Shown: positions 20,030 to 30,376 of the stretch, one piece after another | Layout of the letters: the number at the start of each line of letters is the position of its first letter | How positions within the stretch are numbered: position 1 is the first letter of the stretch | IMG/VR virus record: IMGVR_UViG_3300020442_000769 | Location: 1-53,292 of that record | DNA: 53,292 nucleotides | Origin: a virus | Taxonomy: Duplodnaviria; Caudoviricetes | Strand: one strand, 5' to 3' | The notes under the pieces: model-generated | Seen by the model: only the letters and a program-made list of their open reading frames with translations | Databases searched by the model: none | What the model was told of the DNA's origin: nothing | Position numbers and translations under genes: made by a program

Positions 20030-20485
20030 ATGGGATGGTATTCTAAAATTGCTAAAGATATTAGTTCAATACCAAATGCAATTGATTATTACGAAACTGA
20101 ACTAGAAGACGCAAAGAAAGAATGTAAAATCTATGGTAACATAGAAAAAGCATCTGCTCAAATGCCTGGACTAGTTGAACACCGTTTTAATCAATTACAA
20201 GAACTAGAAGCAATATTAGAATACCTGAACATTGAATTACGCCGATTAAGAAGTACATTTTTCAAAAAATATTTAGAAAACTATCAACGTGCTTTATCCA
20301 GCAGAGACGTTGAAAAATATGTTGACGGTGAACAAGATGTTGTCGACATGGAAAAGATCATAAACGAATTTGCCTTAATGAGAAATAAATGGTTAGGTAT
20401 CACAAAAGGACTTGATCAAAAACAATGGCAGATAACTAATATTGTAAAACTTCGTGTTGCTGGCATGGAAGACGCAAGTTTATAA
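20030..20485 (+). CDS. uvsY: Recombination mediator UvsY-like
   Basis: Helical; DVEKYVDGE...L..K.WQITNIVK pattern; context. Confidence 0.7.
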   Translation: MGWYSKIAKDISSIPNAIDYYETELEDAKKECKIYGNIEKASAQMPGLVEHRFNQLQELEAILEYLNIELRRLRSTFFKKYLENYQRALSSRDVEKYVDGEQDVVDMEKIINEFALMRNKWLGITKGLDQKQWQITNIVKLRVAGMEDASL

Positions 20486-20513
20486 TATTTCAAACATAAC
20501 TAACGGAGCAAAT

Positions 20514-21116
20514 ATGACAGAAGGATTTAAAATCCCATTAACAACCTTTAAGGTTAGAGAAGGTGATGTTGTATTAGAAGATGGTTGCAGTTTTGATGAA
20601 GGCAAGTGGACTGAAAAAACTACAGACGATTACTTCAAAGGTAAACGTGTAGTATTGTTTAGTCTACCTGGAGCCTTTACTCCAACTTGTACTAGTACAC
20701 AACTTCCTAGTTTTGAAGAGAACTATAATACAATCAAAGACTTAAACATTGATGAAGTGTATTGTTGTTCAGTAAACGACACATTCGTAATGAATGCTTG
20801 GGCGGAAGTACTAAAGATTAAAAATGTAAAAGTTATTCCAGATGGTAGTGGTAACTTTACAAGATTTATGGGTATGCTTATAGGCAAAAACCATAGAGGC
20901 TTTGGTAACCGTTCATGGAGATATATGTGTGTTATCAATGACGGTGTTGTTGAGAAATGGTGGCAAGAGCCAGGCATCAATAACAATGGTGAAGATGATG
21001 ATCCATATATTGAAACTACTCCAGAGAATATGATGGAGTATCTAAAGTCCTCGTTCGAACCTGCGAATAGGTTAGAACAAATGAAAGTTCTAGACGAGCC
21101 AGTTGCGGTAGAATAA
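20514..21116 (+). CDS. Peroxiredoxin, Prx5/PGdx type
   Basis: LPGAFTPTC, SVNDTFVMNAW, PDGSG.FT, RSWRY. Confidence 0.93.
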   Translation: MTEGFKIPLTTFKVREGDVVLEDGCSFDEGKWTEKTTDDYFKGKRVVLFSLPGAFTPTCTSTQLPSFEENYNTIKDLNIDEVYCCSVNDTFVMNAWAEVLKIKNVKVIPDGSGNFTRFMGMLIGKNHRGFGNRSWRYMCVINDGVVEKWWQEPGINNNGEDDDPYIETTPENMMEYLKSSFEPANRLEQMKVLDEPVAVE

Positions 21117-21141
21117 AAACCAATACCTGTTAAATAATACT

Positions 21142-21918
21142 ATGAAGTTGGTATTAGTTACAGGTGGGTTTGATCCACTACACAAAGGACATTTAGAATA
21201 TTTCAAAGCCGCAAAAAAACTTGGTGACAAGTTAATAGTTGGCGTTAATTCAGATGAATGGCTTACCCGTAAAAAAGGTAGGCCATTTATGCCCTTCCAA
21301 GATAGAATAGAAATAATAAAAAATTTAGAGATGGTAGACGGCGTCGTTGATATTCCCAATGACGATAAGTTTGATGATGCTGGTGGAGCCATTTTTAAAT
21401 TAATGTCTATTAATCCTGCTGATACAAAAATTATTGTTGCAAACGGCGGCGATAGAATAAAAGGTAACGTACCCGAAATGGATACATTCAACGATAGTAG
21501 AAACGTTGAATTTGTGTTTGGGGTAGGAGGTACAGATAAAATGAATTCTTCAAGTTGGATTTTAGACGAATGGAAAGCACCTAAGACAGAACGTAACTGG
21601 GGTTACTATCGTGTGCTACACGAAGATGGACCAACAACAAAAGTAAAAGAACTTACAGTTGACCCAGGTAAAAAATTATCAATGCAACGTCATGAAAATC
21701 GTTCAGAGTATTGGTTAGTGACTGAAGGTATTGCAACAGTATATACAATTAATATATCATCAGATGCTGAACTATTAGGCACATTTAAGAAGCATCAATC
21801 ATTAAGAATTGACGAAGGGCAATGGCATCAATTAGTAAATGAAACAGATAAGCCTGTTAAAATAGTTGAAATACAATATGGTAAAAACTGTATTGAAGAC
21901 GATATTGAAAGAAAATAA
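21142..21918 (+). CDS. Cytidylyltransferase-family nucleotidyltransferase fused to a mannose-6-P-isomerase-type cupin
   Basis: TGGFDPLHKGH (HxGH), ANGGDR, SSSWIL; C-terminal RNWGYY...LSMQRH..RSEYW...EIQYG...EDDIER. Confidence 0.9.
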   Translation: MKLVLVTGGFDPLHKGHLEYFKAAKKLGDKLIVGVNSDEWLTRKKGRPFMPFQDRIEIIKNLEMVDGVVDIPNDDKFDDAGGAIFKLMSINPADTKIIVANGGDRIKGNVPEMDTFNDSRNVEFVFGVGGTDKMNSSSWILDEWKAPKTERNWGYYRVLHEDGPTTKVKELTVDPGKKLSMQRHENRSEYWLVTEGIATVYTINISSDAELLGTFKKHQSLRIDEGQWHQLVNETDKPVKIVEIQYGKNCIEDDIERK

Positions 21919-22625
21919 TGGAGCCTACACAAGAAGAACTGTCTATACTTTCGACAGCAAAACCTTACACCATGACGAGTGGTGAAAGACTTTTACATAC
22001 TATTCGCACAGTAAGGCAACTAGATAAGAATAATATTAAAGGTGATATTGTTGAGTGCGGTGTGTGGAAAGGCGGACATCCTATTGCGGCTTATCTTGCA
22101 AATACAAATACGCAAAGACATTTTTGGTTGTATGATACATTTGATGGTATGACTATACCTACCCAACACGATTATAAAATAAAACAAAAAACAAGTTTAG
22201 ATATTGCAACTAATACTATTACATCAACTCCTGTTACCAAACTTGCAGAAAATAATCCAAAAGCAAAAAGAGGATTTGAAAATTGGTGTGCGGCCAGTTT
22301 AGAAGAAGTAAGAGGTAATGTAAATCAGTTTATTCCAAGTAATCTAACAAAGTATATCAAGGGTGATGTTGTTAATACATTACAAGATTCAAACAATAGG
22401 CCTAATAAAATTGCTCTTTTAAGACTAGATACAGACTGGTATGAAAGTACATTTGCAGAAATAATGAATCTGTATCCTAAATTAAGTGTAGGTGGTATAA
22501 TGGTTTTGGACGACTATCTTACATGGGAAGGAAGTAGAAAAGCCTTTAATGAAGTATTTGGTGATAGTTTAAAGATACATACTATTGATAACAAAGCGGT
22601 ATGGGTAGAGAAAACACATGAGTAA
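21918..22625 (+). CDS. TylF/MycF-family O-methyltransferase
   Basis: GDIVECGVWKGG, YDTFDG, LLRLDTDWYES, GG...DDY. Confidence 0.9.
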   Translation: MEPTQEELSILSTAKPYTMTSGERLLHTIRTVRQLDKNNIKGDIVECGVWKGGHPIAAYLANTNTQRHFWLYDTFDGMTIPTQHDYKIKQKTSLDIATNTITSTPVTKLAENNPKAKRGFENWCAASLEEVRGNVNQFIPSNLTKYIKGDVVNTLQDSNNRPNKIALLRLDTDWYESTFAEIMNLYPKLSVGGIMVLDDYLTWEGSRKAFNEVFGDSLKIHTIDNKAVWVEKTHE

Positions 22626-23313
22626 TAAAATATTTGTAGGTTATGATACTAGAGAAGATATAGCATACCAAGTATGTGAACACAGTATCAAACGTTATAA
22701 TAACGATGCAGAAGTTATTCCATTAATACAAAAAGATCTAAGACAGTCAAAAATTTATTGGCGTGAACTTGATAAACTTGCATCAACAGAATTTACATTC
22801 ACTAGATTTTTAATTCCACATCTAATGAACTATAAAGGTTGGGCATTATTTTGTGATAGTGATATTGTATTTTTAGAAGATGTAGACAATCTATTTGCTC
22901 TTGCAGATGATAGTAAAGCAGTGATGGTTGTGCAACATGATTACAAACCTAAACCAGGAATGAAAATGGACGGACAAGTACAAACTGTTTATCCAAGAAA
23001 GAACTGGTCAAGTGTAATACTTTGGAACTGCGGACATCCATCAAATGAAAAAGTAACAGTCGATAGTGTAAACAATCCTAATTATGATGGTGCATACTTT
23101 CATAGATTCAGTTGGTTGAAAGATGAAGAAATAGGTGTGCTACCATGTGATTGGAATTGGTTAGTAGGTTGGTACAAAGAAGGTGACGGTAAACCTCGTG
23201 CATTACATTATACAGAAGGCGGACCATGGTTTAAAAATTATAGAAACTGTGAACTTGCTAGTGCTTGGAAAGATTGTTTATATTCAATGATGGAGAACAA
23301 AGATGCCGAATGA
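22618..23313 (+). CDS. GT-A glycosyltransferase (GT8-like)
   Basis: IFVGYD, STEFTFTRF, DSD, YPRKNWSS, WNWLV, LHYTEGGPW. Confidence 0.85.
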   Translation: MSNKIFVGYDTREDIAYQVCEHSIKRYNNDAEVIPLIQKDLRQSKIYWRELDKLASTEFTFTRFLIPHLMNYKGWALFCDSDIVFLEDVDNLFALADDSKAVMVVQHDYKPKPGMKMDGQVQTVYPRKNWSSVILWNCGHPSNEKVTVDSVNNPNYDGAYFHRFSWLKDEEIGVLPCDWNWLVGWYKEGDGKPRALHYTEGGPWFKNYRNCELASAWKDCLYSMMENKDAE

Positions 23314-24307
23314 TTATTATGGCGAATGGGATCCAAGAGAATTGAGGCCTGAATTGAAAGAAACAATAGACAAAATATTATACAGTATTGCTACACAGAG
23401 CAACACACACGCCATCGAAGCAATACAAGACGTAATGGATTCAGTTAAGAATCCTAATTTAATTTGTATTGATAGCGGAATTAAAAAAGTAGAAAAGAAA
23501 GTAAAAGGTTCTTTTGGTATTGTTGATTCTTTTATAATGGGAATGGCACTAGGTAGTGGAGGAAAATATATTCGTGCAGATGATGTAAATGATTATTGGG
23601 ATCATCCTGCACCTTTTCTTGTACGTGGGTTAGGTAAACAAAAAATTATTAAAGAATGTATTGCACGTGGCAAAGATTTTTATTTTATGGACACAGGTTA
23701 CTTAGGTAACAATCCAAGTCCACGTAATCCCAACGGTAAAAAAATTACACATAGAATTGTAAAAAATGCTTTACAAAATCTTCATATGCCAGACAGAGAT
23801 GCTGAAGGCAGTGATAAGCATTACGGTAGTGGAAGATGGAATAGTTTAGGAATACAATTAAAGGATTGGTACCCAGGAAGTAAAATTTTAATTGTTCCAC
23901 CAAGTCAAAAAGTAATGAAATACTTTGAACAAGACTTAGATTTATGGATTGAAGAAACTGTTAAAACTTTAAAAATGCATACTAAACGTCCTATTAAAAT
24001 ACGTAAGAAACCTAGTAGAGAAGATAGGGTAAGCATTAACACACTCGAGCAAGAACTTGCAAACGATGTACATTGTTTGGTAACTTATAATAGTATTGCC
24101 GCACTAGAGGCAATGGTATATGGCAAACCAGCGATAGTGTTAGGTCCTAATTGTGCTCAAGACGTTTGTGAGAAAAGTTTAGGTAGAGTAGAATTTGCAG
24201 AACATCCAGGACGTAAATCATTAACGTATCTATGTCGCTACCTATCTAATAACCAATTTACATATGAAGAAATGTTAAGTGGATATGCTTGGAGTGTTTT
24301 AAAATGA
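23303..24307 (+). CDS. Putative GT-B / capsule-polysaccharide-synthesis-like protein
   Basis: DTGY, ILIVPP, IKIRKKP, VTYNSIAALEAMVYGKP. Confidence 0.6.
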   Translation: MPNDYYGEWDPRELRPELKETIDKILYSIATQSNTHAIEAIQDVMDSVKNPNLICIDSGIKKVEKKVKGSFGIVDSFIMGMALGSGGKYIRADDVNDYWDHPAPFLVRGLGKQKIIKECIARGKDFYFMDTGYLGNNPSPRNPNGKKITHRIVKNALQNLHMPDRDAEGSDKHYGSGRWNSLGIQLKDWYPGSKILIVPPSQKVMKYFEQDLDLWIEETVKTLKMHTKRPIKIRKKPSREDRVSINTLEQELANDVHCLVTYNSIAALEAMVYGKPAIVLGPNCAQDVCEKSLGRVEFAEHPGRKSLTYLCRYLSNNQFTYEEMLSGYAWSVLK

Positions 24308-25233
24308 GAGTAATTGCTTACGCAAAAGTTATACCGCCAGGGAAGGCACTGAAACCTTCAAAAGAAAATCATAAGTATGAAATCTTAAAAAATTTTATTG
24401 AAGGCGTTAGAGTAAACGGCGATAACGGTTTACTATATGAAGGCTTTGATTTGATGTCTTGTGATGTTGCAGTAATGCAAGGTTGGATGCACGATAAAAG
24501 CGATCATGTACCACACATTAATTTGCGTAGACAAATAGCATCTAATACACATAACAAAATGTTTATTACTGCTGATGCTAATTTATTTCTATATAAAGCA
24601 AGACAAAACGCACCACATCATTATTTAAGATACAGTTTTAACGGTGTGTTCCAAAACACAGGATTGTATTGTAATGACGAGCCAGGTGAAGAAAACTGGC
24701 AAAAGATACAACGTGACTTAGGTGTTGTGCTTAAGAACTGGGACTTTCAAAATAGAGAAAATATTCTGCTGTGCCTACAGCGGAATGGTGGTTGGAGTAT
24801 GAAAGGCAAAGACGTTGTTAATTGGGCAAATGAAAAAATTGCACAAATAAGACAATATACAAATAGACCTATCATTGTTAGACCACACCCAGGAGATAAA
24901 AAAGCACCACAGTATGTTAAAGGTATACAAGGCAAAGATGTTAGAATAAGTCAACACACGTTTATAGAACATGACCTAGCAAACGCATATTGTACAATAG
25001 GATTTAATAGTAGTCCACTAGTTGCAAGTGCAATTGAAGGCGTTCCTATTATTTGTGAAGATCCAAAAGCAAGTCAAGTTGAAGAAGTTTCACATCACAG
25101 AATAGATCAAATAACACAACTAAGACCATGGGACAGAGAAAAATGGATACGTAAAATTGCACAATGTCATTGGAGTTTTACTGACCTACGTAGTGGTGCT
25201 TGTTGGCAACATATGAAGAGATTTGTAAAATGA
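24304..25233 (+). CDS. Putative GT-B / capsule-polysaccharide-synthesis-like protein
   Basis: ILLCLQ, IIVRPHP, FNSS....AIEGVP, IAQCHWS..DLRSG. Confidence 0.6.
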   Translation: MRVIAYAKVIPPGKALKPSKENHKYEILKNFIEGVRVNGDNGLLYEGFDLMSCDVAVMQGWMHDKSDHVPHINLRRQIASNTHNKMFITADANLFLYKARQNAPHHYLRYSFNGVFQNTGLYCNDEPGEENWQKIQRDLGVVLKNWDFQNRENILLCLQRNGGWSMKGKDVVNWANEKIAQIRQYTNRPIIVRPHPGDKKAPQYVKGIQGKDVRISQHTFIEHDLANAYCTIGFNSSPLVASAIEGVPIICEDPKASQVEEVSHHRIDQITQLRPWDREKWIRKIAQCHWSFTDLRSGACWQHMKRFVK

Positions 25234-26045
25234 ATATAACAGTAATAACTACTTTCCATGAACCAGGCATGGTACAATATGGACAAAGATTTATTGATAG
25301 TTTTCAACAAAGGGTTGATCCACGTGTTAAGTTAAGAGTGTATGCCGAAAATTGTAAACCTATTGTTGCTAGACCAGAACAAGTAACAGTAGTAGATGCC
25401 AAAGAAGCATTACCAGATCTTAATGCATTTAAGGAACGTTGGAAAGATGTACCTAAAGCAAACGGCACTTGTCCTTGGCCTGCAAGAAGACCACGTGATC
25501 ATCACAAGGCTTTTAAATGGGACGCAGTTAGATTTGCTAACAAAACTTATGCTGTATTCGAAGCGGCAAAAGATCCTAACACAGATATTTTAGTATGGAT
25601 GGACGCAGACACTTATGTACACAGTCCTATTACATACGGTCAGTTCAGAGCCATGTGTCCTGCAACTGTATGGTTATCATTCTTAGGCAGAAATAAAAAA
25701 TGGCCTGAGTGTGGGTTTTATCATTTAACATTAAGAACTCCTGGCAGTGATGCATTTTTAAAAGAGTTCCAACGTGTTTATGATGAAGCAGAACAAGGTA
25801 TCTTTTTAATGGAAGAATGGCATGATAGTTATGTGTTCTGGGAAGTTCTTAAAAAGATTAGAACACAGTTTCCACAAATTAAAGACTTTAGTGGACACTT
25901 GATTAACGGCGAAGGTCATCCTTTAATTAATTGTGAACTAGGACAATTTTTTGATCACCTTAAAGGTGTAAGAAAAGATGAAGGAAAAAGTAGAAGGAAG
26001 GATCTACTTAAACCAAGACCAGAGCAATATTGGAATGAAATTTAG
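25230..26045 (+). CDS. Putative GT-A glycosyltransferase
   Basis: VWMDAD DxD motif, ECGF, EWHDSYVF, DHLKG. Confidence 0.65.
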   Translation: MNITVITTFHEPGMVQYGQRFIDSFQQRVDPRVKLRVYAENCKPIVARPEQVTVVDAKEALPDLNAFKERWKDVPKANGTCPWPARRPRDHHKAFKWDAVRFANKTYAVFEAAKDPNTDILVWMDADTYVHSPITYGQFRAMCPATVWLSFLGRNKKWPECGFYHLTLRTPGSDAFLKEFQRVYDEAEQGIFLMEEWHDSYVFWEVLKKIRTQFPQIKDFSGHLINGEGHPLINCELGQFFDHLKGVRKDEGKSRRKDLLKPRPEQYWNEI

Positions 26046-26880
26046 TTTATTTACAGATTATGGCGCACTTAATAGTAAAGAAGTTTTTGACGCTTTTGCA
26101 AGTGGTATTACTAATTGTGGGCATACCTATTCTTATAATGAGTACGATTGTGATGTTCCTGTCATTTGGTCTGTGCTATGGCATGGTAGAATGGCTGGAA
26201 ACAAAAAAGTTTGGGATTACTTCAAAGCACAGAACAAACAAGTTTTAGTTTTAGAAGTTGGCGGACTTAAACGTGGCACTACTTGGAAAGTTGGCATAGA
26301 TGGTATTAACAAAGAAGCATACTTTGGTCCAGACGGCAATGACGACACAAGAGCAAAAGAACTAGGACTTACTTTAAAACCTTGGCAAGAAAATAATAAC
26401 GGTGACATATTAATTTGTGCCCAACACAATAAAAGTCATCAGTTAAGATCAGTACTACAAACTAATTTAATACTAGATACATTAGAACACATACGAAATC
26501 AAACTGACAGAAGAATAATTGTAAGACCCCACCCACGTTGTCCATTAACAGGTATGGAACACGAATTTCCAAATGTAGTAATTCAAAGACCTGTTCATGT
26601 AAAAGGAACATATGATGATTTTGATTTGAATCTATCAAATGTTTTTATGTTATATTCATACACTAGCAATCCAGGACTTCAAGCAGTAATGGAAGGTATA
26701 CCTGTTGCAGTAAGTGAAAGCAGTTTGGCATATCCTGTTGCTAACGAATGGTTTTGTAATTTAAATGATATCAAACGTCCTGATAGAACACAATGGCTAA
26801 ATGATTTGGCTTACACAGAGTGGACATTGGACGAAATTCGTGCAGGAATTCCGCTAAATCGCTTGACTTATTTCTTTTAA
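26035..26880 (+). CDS. Putative GT-B / capsule-polysaccharide-synthesis-like protein
   Basis: ILICAQ, IIVRPHP, SNPG..AVMEGIP, LAYTEWTLDEI..G; paralogous to 24304..25233. Confidence 0.6.
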   Translation: MKFSLFTDYGALNSKEVFDAFASGITNCGHTYSYNEYDCDVPVIWSVLWHGRMAGNKKVWDYFKAQNKQVLVLEVGGLKRGTTWKVGIDGINKEAYFGPDGNDDTRAKELGLTLKPWQENNNGDILICAQHNKSHQLRSVLQTNLILDTLEHIRNQTDRRIIVRPHPRCPLTGMEHEFPNVVIQRPVHVKGTYDDFDLNLSNVFMLYSYTSNPGLQAVMEGIPVAVSESSLAYPVANEWFCNLNDIKRPDRTQWLNDLAYTEWTLDEIRAGIPLNRLTYFF

Positions 26881-26891
26881 TCAAGTATAAT
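26863..26891 (+). promoter_or_regulatory. sigma70-type promoter
   Basis: TTGACT-N17-TATAAT, 6 nt before ATG 26898. Confidence 0.7.
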
Positions 26892-26897
26892 ATAACA

Positions 26898-28193
26898 ATG
26901 AAAGTATTCACTCAATCCATTAATGACCTTACCTGTGAAGATTGTTTAGAACTCGTTGCGGGTATTAGTAACTTAAAATGGAGTGGAGTTGCTAAACTAC
27001 AAGACTTACATAGTTTTAAATTACATCCTGACAACCATAGAATAATGTTTAGTATTGCTAAACAAGTCTTTAGAGGTACTGCACTAACACAAAAACAACA
27101 CGAACTTGTAAAAAGTTTACTTGTAGAATATTATGCTGACCAATTTAAGGAAAGAGATATTGATGTTGTAGAACACGTAGACAACTTAAGGTTTCCTTAT
27201 CGGGAAGTAAATCAAGAGCATTGGTTAAAAGTGTTAGATGTAAAACATCCTAAAACTTATGTTGAAACAAAAATGCTTGTCATAAGATTTCCATTTAATA
27301 AAAAAGTTATAAGCAGAATTGATGAATTAAAAAACAATTCTGACAAAGATTATTTCTACAAAGATCACAAACATTACTTTCCATTAACAGAAAGAAACGT
27401 TTATAAACTTGTTACTATTGCAAGACGTTTTAGGCATAAGTTTGATATTGATAATGAAGTACAAACAATATTTGATAAGTGTATGGAGTACGAAGACAAT
27501 AGAGAACAATACTTGCCTGGTGTATATGATTATAAAATAAAAAACATACCTGATCTAGCAGTTCAACATTTACATGAAGACATAGGAGAAGTTGATGTAG
27601 ATAATCTTTTCAAATATTATGATAGGCGTAGAAAATATGGCCTTTGTGAATTTGATATTATGTCAGTAACTGATAGTATGATGGGATTGAACGCATTAAG
27701 CAAACAATTAATTGATAGGCCTTCTACTGCCGTTATGGTTAATTCTAAAAAATGGACATTAGATAATCTTTTGGATAGTCTGTTTGAAATGGATAGGTTG
27801 CCTATTGCAGTAGTGCTTGATGATGAAACTGCTTTGGATACTTTAATTGAAATGCATAGAAGATTAACTTTACGTATTCCAACAGAACAAATGTCTGTTA
27901 TGTTTAGATTAGATAAAGGTAAAAAAGATGCTGATGCATTTAACCAATTTGTGAGAGATAAGGCCTTAAATAATTATGTTGACAAAAATACAAAAGTAGT
28001 GTATATTAATAATAATAAAGTTCCTAAACCCGTTTACAGAAGCGATTGGGAACCTCTTACATTATTCTTATATACTAGGCAATCAATCGGTAGGCAAATG
28101 CAACAATGGTGTGAAGGCCATGATTTTATTTTACAATATGACGAAGGCAATTTAGGCTACATTTTTGGATACACGAAAGTAATATTAATATGA
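26898..28193 (+). CDS. Hypothetical protein upstream of uvsW
   Basis: Long ORF; start placed after the promoter. Confidence 0.7.
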   Translation: MKVFTQSINDLTCEDCLELVAGISNLKWSGVAKLQDLHSFKLHPDNHRIMFSIAKQVFRGTALTQKQHELVKSLLVEYYADQFKERDIDVVEHVDNLRFPYREVNQEHWLKVLDVKHPKTYVETKMLVIRFPFNKKVISRIDELKNNSDKDYFYKDHKHYFPLTERNVYKLVTIARRFRHKFDIDNEVQTIFDKCMEYEDNREQYLPGVYDYKIKNIPDLAVQHLHEDIGEVDVDNLFKYYDRRRKYGLCEFDIMSVTDSMMGLNALSKQLIDRPSTAVMVNSKKWTLDNLLDSLFEMDRLPIAVVLDDETALDTLIEMHRRLTLRIPTEQMSVMFRLDKGKKDADAFNQFVRDKALNNYVDKNTKVVYINNNKVPKPVYRSDWEPLTLFLYTRQSIGRQMQQWCEGHDFILQYDEGNLGYIFGYTKVILI

Positions 28194-29644
28194 TAAGTTG
28201 TAGGATAGTAATACAAGACGAAGTAAACGTAAAGGTAGAAAACTTGCCTGTTGAATATCGTAGAAAGATTGCAAACAAGTTAAAGTTTCAAGTACCATAT
28301 GCACGTTACCTACCACAATACAAACTAGGAAGATGGGATGGAACTATATCTTTTTTCGGAATTGGTGGTACTGGTTACGTTAATCATCTTGATATCATTG
28401 TAAACACACTTGTTGACGCAGGTGTTGAGATTGCAGATATTGTAGATAAAAGACAAAAGCATGAACTAACTTTTGATGCTATTGACGAAAATTATTGGGG
28501 TGATACAACGTGGCCCGAAGGACATCAATGTGCTGGGCAACCAATTGTATTGAGAGACTATCAAGTAGAAGTTGTAAACAATTTTATTAAAAGTCCTCAA
28601 GCATTACAAGAAGTTGCCACAGGCGCAGGTAAAACTATTATTACTGCAACACTATCTCACTTATGTGAAAAGTATGGACGCACATTAGTTATTGTTCCAA
28701 ACAAATCACTAGTAACACAAACAGAAGAAGATTATGTAAACTGCGGATTAGACGTAGGTGTTTACTTTGGTGACAGAAAAGAATTAGGTAAGACTCACAC
28801 TATCTGTACTTGGCAAAGTTTGAATATACTTGACAAGAAGACAAAAGACGGAGAAGCAGTATTGACACTAGCAGAGTTTTTAGATGGTGTGAGCACAATT
28901 ATTATTGATGAAGTGCATCAAGCAAAAGCAGATGTACTTAAAAAATTACTAACACAAAATTTAAAAAATGCTCCAATACGTTGGGGACTTACAGGTACTA
29001 TACCTAAAGAGCAGTTTGAATTCCAAAGCATACTAGCAAGTATAGGCCCTGTAATTAATCAAATAAGTGCAAAAGAATTACAAGATAAAGGTGTATTAAG
29101 TAAATGTCATGTTAATATTGTACAGTTACTAGATACAAAAGAATATAGATCTTATCAAGAAGAATTAAAATATCTTGTTACAGATAAAGAAAGAGTAAAG
29201 TATATTTCTAAAATGTGTGACAGTATTAAAGATTCAGGTAATACTCTAATTCTAGTTGATAGAATTAGTGCAGGCGAACAAATACAAGAATTAATACCCG
29301 GTTCAACATTCGTTAAAGGCGATGTAAAATTAAAAGAAAGAAAAGTAGCATACGATGAAATTCAAAAAGGAACTAACAATGTGGTTATTGCAACCTATGG
29401 CGTTGCGGCGGTGGGAATTAATATTCCTCGCATTTTTAATCTCGTCCTTATTGAGCCTGGCAAGTCTTTTGTCAGGGTAATACAATCAATTGGCAGAGGC
29501 ATAAGAAAGGCAGAAGACAAAGACTTTGTACAGATATGGGATCTTACATCTACTTGTAAGTATGCAAAGCGACATTTAACTTCACGTAAAAAGTTTTACA
29601 AAGAAGCAGAATACCCATTTACTATTGAAAAGGTAGATTGGTAA
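28190..29644 (+). CDS. uvsW: SF2 DNA helicase UvsW-like
   Basis: LRDYQ, ATGAGKT, IIDEVH, GLTGT, QSIGRGIR. Confidence 0.92.
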   Translation: MISCRIVIQDEVNVKVENLPVEYRRKIANKLKFQVPYARYLPQYKLGRWDGTISFFGIGGTGYVNHLDIIVNTLVDAGVEIADIVDKRQKHELTFDAIDENYWGDTTWPEGHQCAGQPIVLRDYQVEVVNNFIKSPQALQEVATGAGKTIITATLSHLCEKYGRTLVIVPNKSLVTQTEEDYVNCGLDVGVYFGDRKELGKTHTICTWQSLNILDKKTKDGEAVLTLAEFLDGVSTIIIDEVHQAKADVLKKLLTQNLKNAPIRWGLTGTIPKEQFEFQSILASIGPVINQISAKELQDKGVLSKCHVNIVQLLDTKEYRSYQEELKYLVTDKERVKYISKMCDSIKDSGNTLILVDRISAGEQIQELIPGSTFVKGDVKLKERKVAYDEIQKGTNNVVIATYGVAAVGINIPRIFNLVLIEPGKSFVRVIQSIGRGIRKAEDKDFVQIWDLTSTCKYAKRHLTSRKKFYKEAEYPFTIEKVDW

Positions 29645-29868
29645 TGAAGAAATTTACAGTTGAAATAAATGTTGGTGATGAAATATATGTAGGTAGATTC
29701 CGTAACGTGACTACAAAAATAAAAGCAATAGAGTTTGATGATCACGGACAGCCTGTGCTAGTGACGAGCAAAGGAAAGAAAAATCTTTTTAGTTGCAGAC
29801 TAGCAAAACTTGACCCTGGGAATTTAACTCCTAAACAAATTATGGCTAAGAAAAAGCGACAGGAGTGA
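29644..29868 (+). CDS. Small basic hypothetical protein
   Basis: TAATG-coupled ORF. Confidence 0.6.
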   Translation: MKKFTVEINVGDEIYVGRFRNVTTKIKAIEFDDHGQPVLVTSKGKKNLFSCRLAKLDPGNLTPKQIMAKKKRQE

Positions 29869-29869
29869 A

Positions 29870-30376
29870 ATGAGAATACTTACATTAGATAATAAGTGTT
29901 ACAAGTTAGAGCATTTGCCAGACGAACTAACAGAAGACATACGTTTTGCAGTATTAGATAATTCTGATCCAAAAAACCCAGACTTCTTTTATATCCCTTT
30001 GATATTTTTAGAAAGTTTTAATTCACCAGCAATGGTAATGGAAATAAATGGAAAAGAAATTACTATGCCAATTGATTGGCACCTAGCAGTAGGAGATAGC
30101 GAAGGTACTGGAGATATAGAAGTGTTGCCACTAACCAGTTTAAATGATAGAGGGTTTGAAGCATTTCTTTTTAATCCTTTAACAAGTTATACTATGAACT
30201 GGGGCGAAGTTAAGATTACTAATTTTTATAATGATGTAAAATGGTACTTTCCAAAAATGAAAAATGGACAGTTACTAGGAGTACCAATCACAGATGGTGA
30301 TAATCCACAATGTGCTTGGTTTGTTAAAGATATTAGTAGGCAAAGTGAAACAATAGATTATGGTGCATTGGTTTAA
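29870..30376 (+). CDS. Hypothetical all-beta protein, possibly degenerate HINT fold
   Basis: AGGAG SD; see findings. Confidence 0.6.
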   Translation: MRILTLDNKCYKLEHLPDELTEDIRFAVLDNSDPKNPDFFYIPLIFLESFNSPAMVMEINGKEITMPIDWHLAVGDSEGTGDIEVLPLTSLNDRGFEAFLFNPLTSYTMNWGEVKITNFYNDVKWYFPKMKNGQLLGVPITDGDNPQCAWFVKDISRQSETIDYGALV

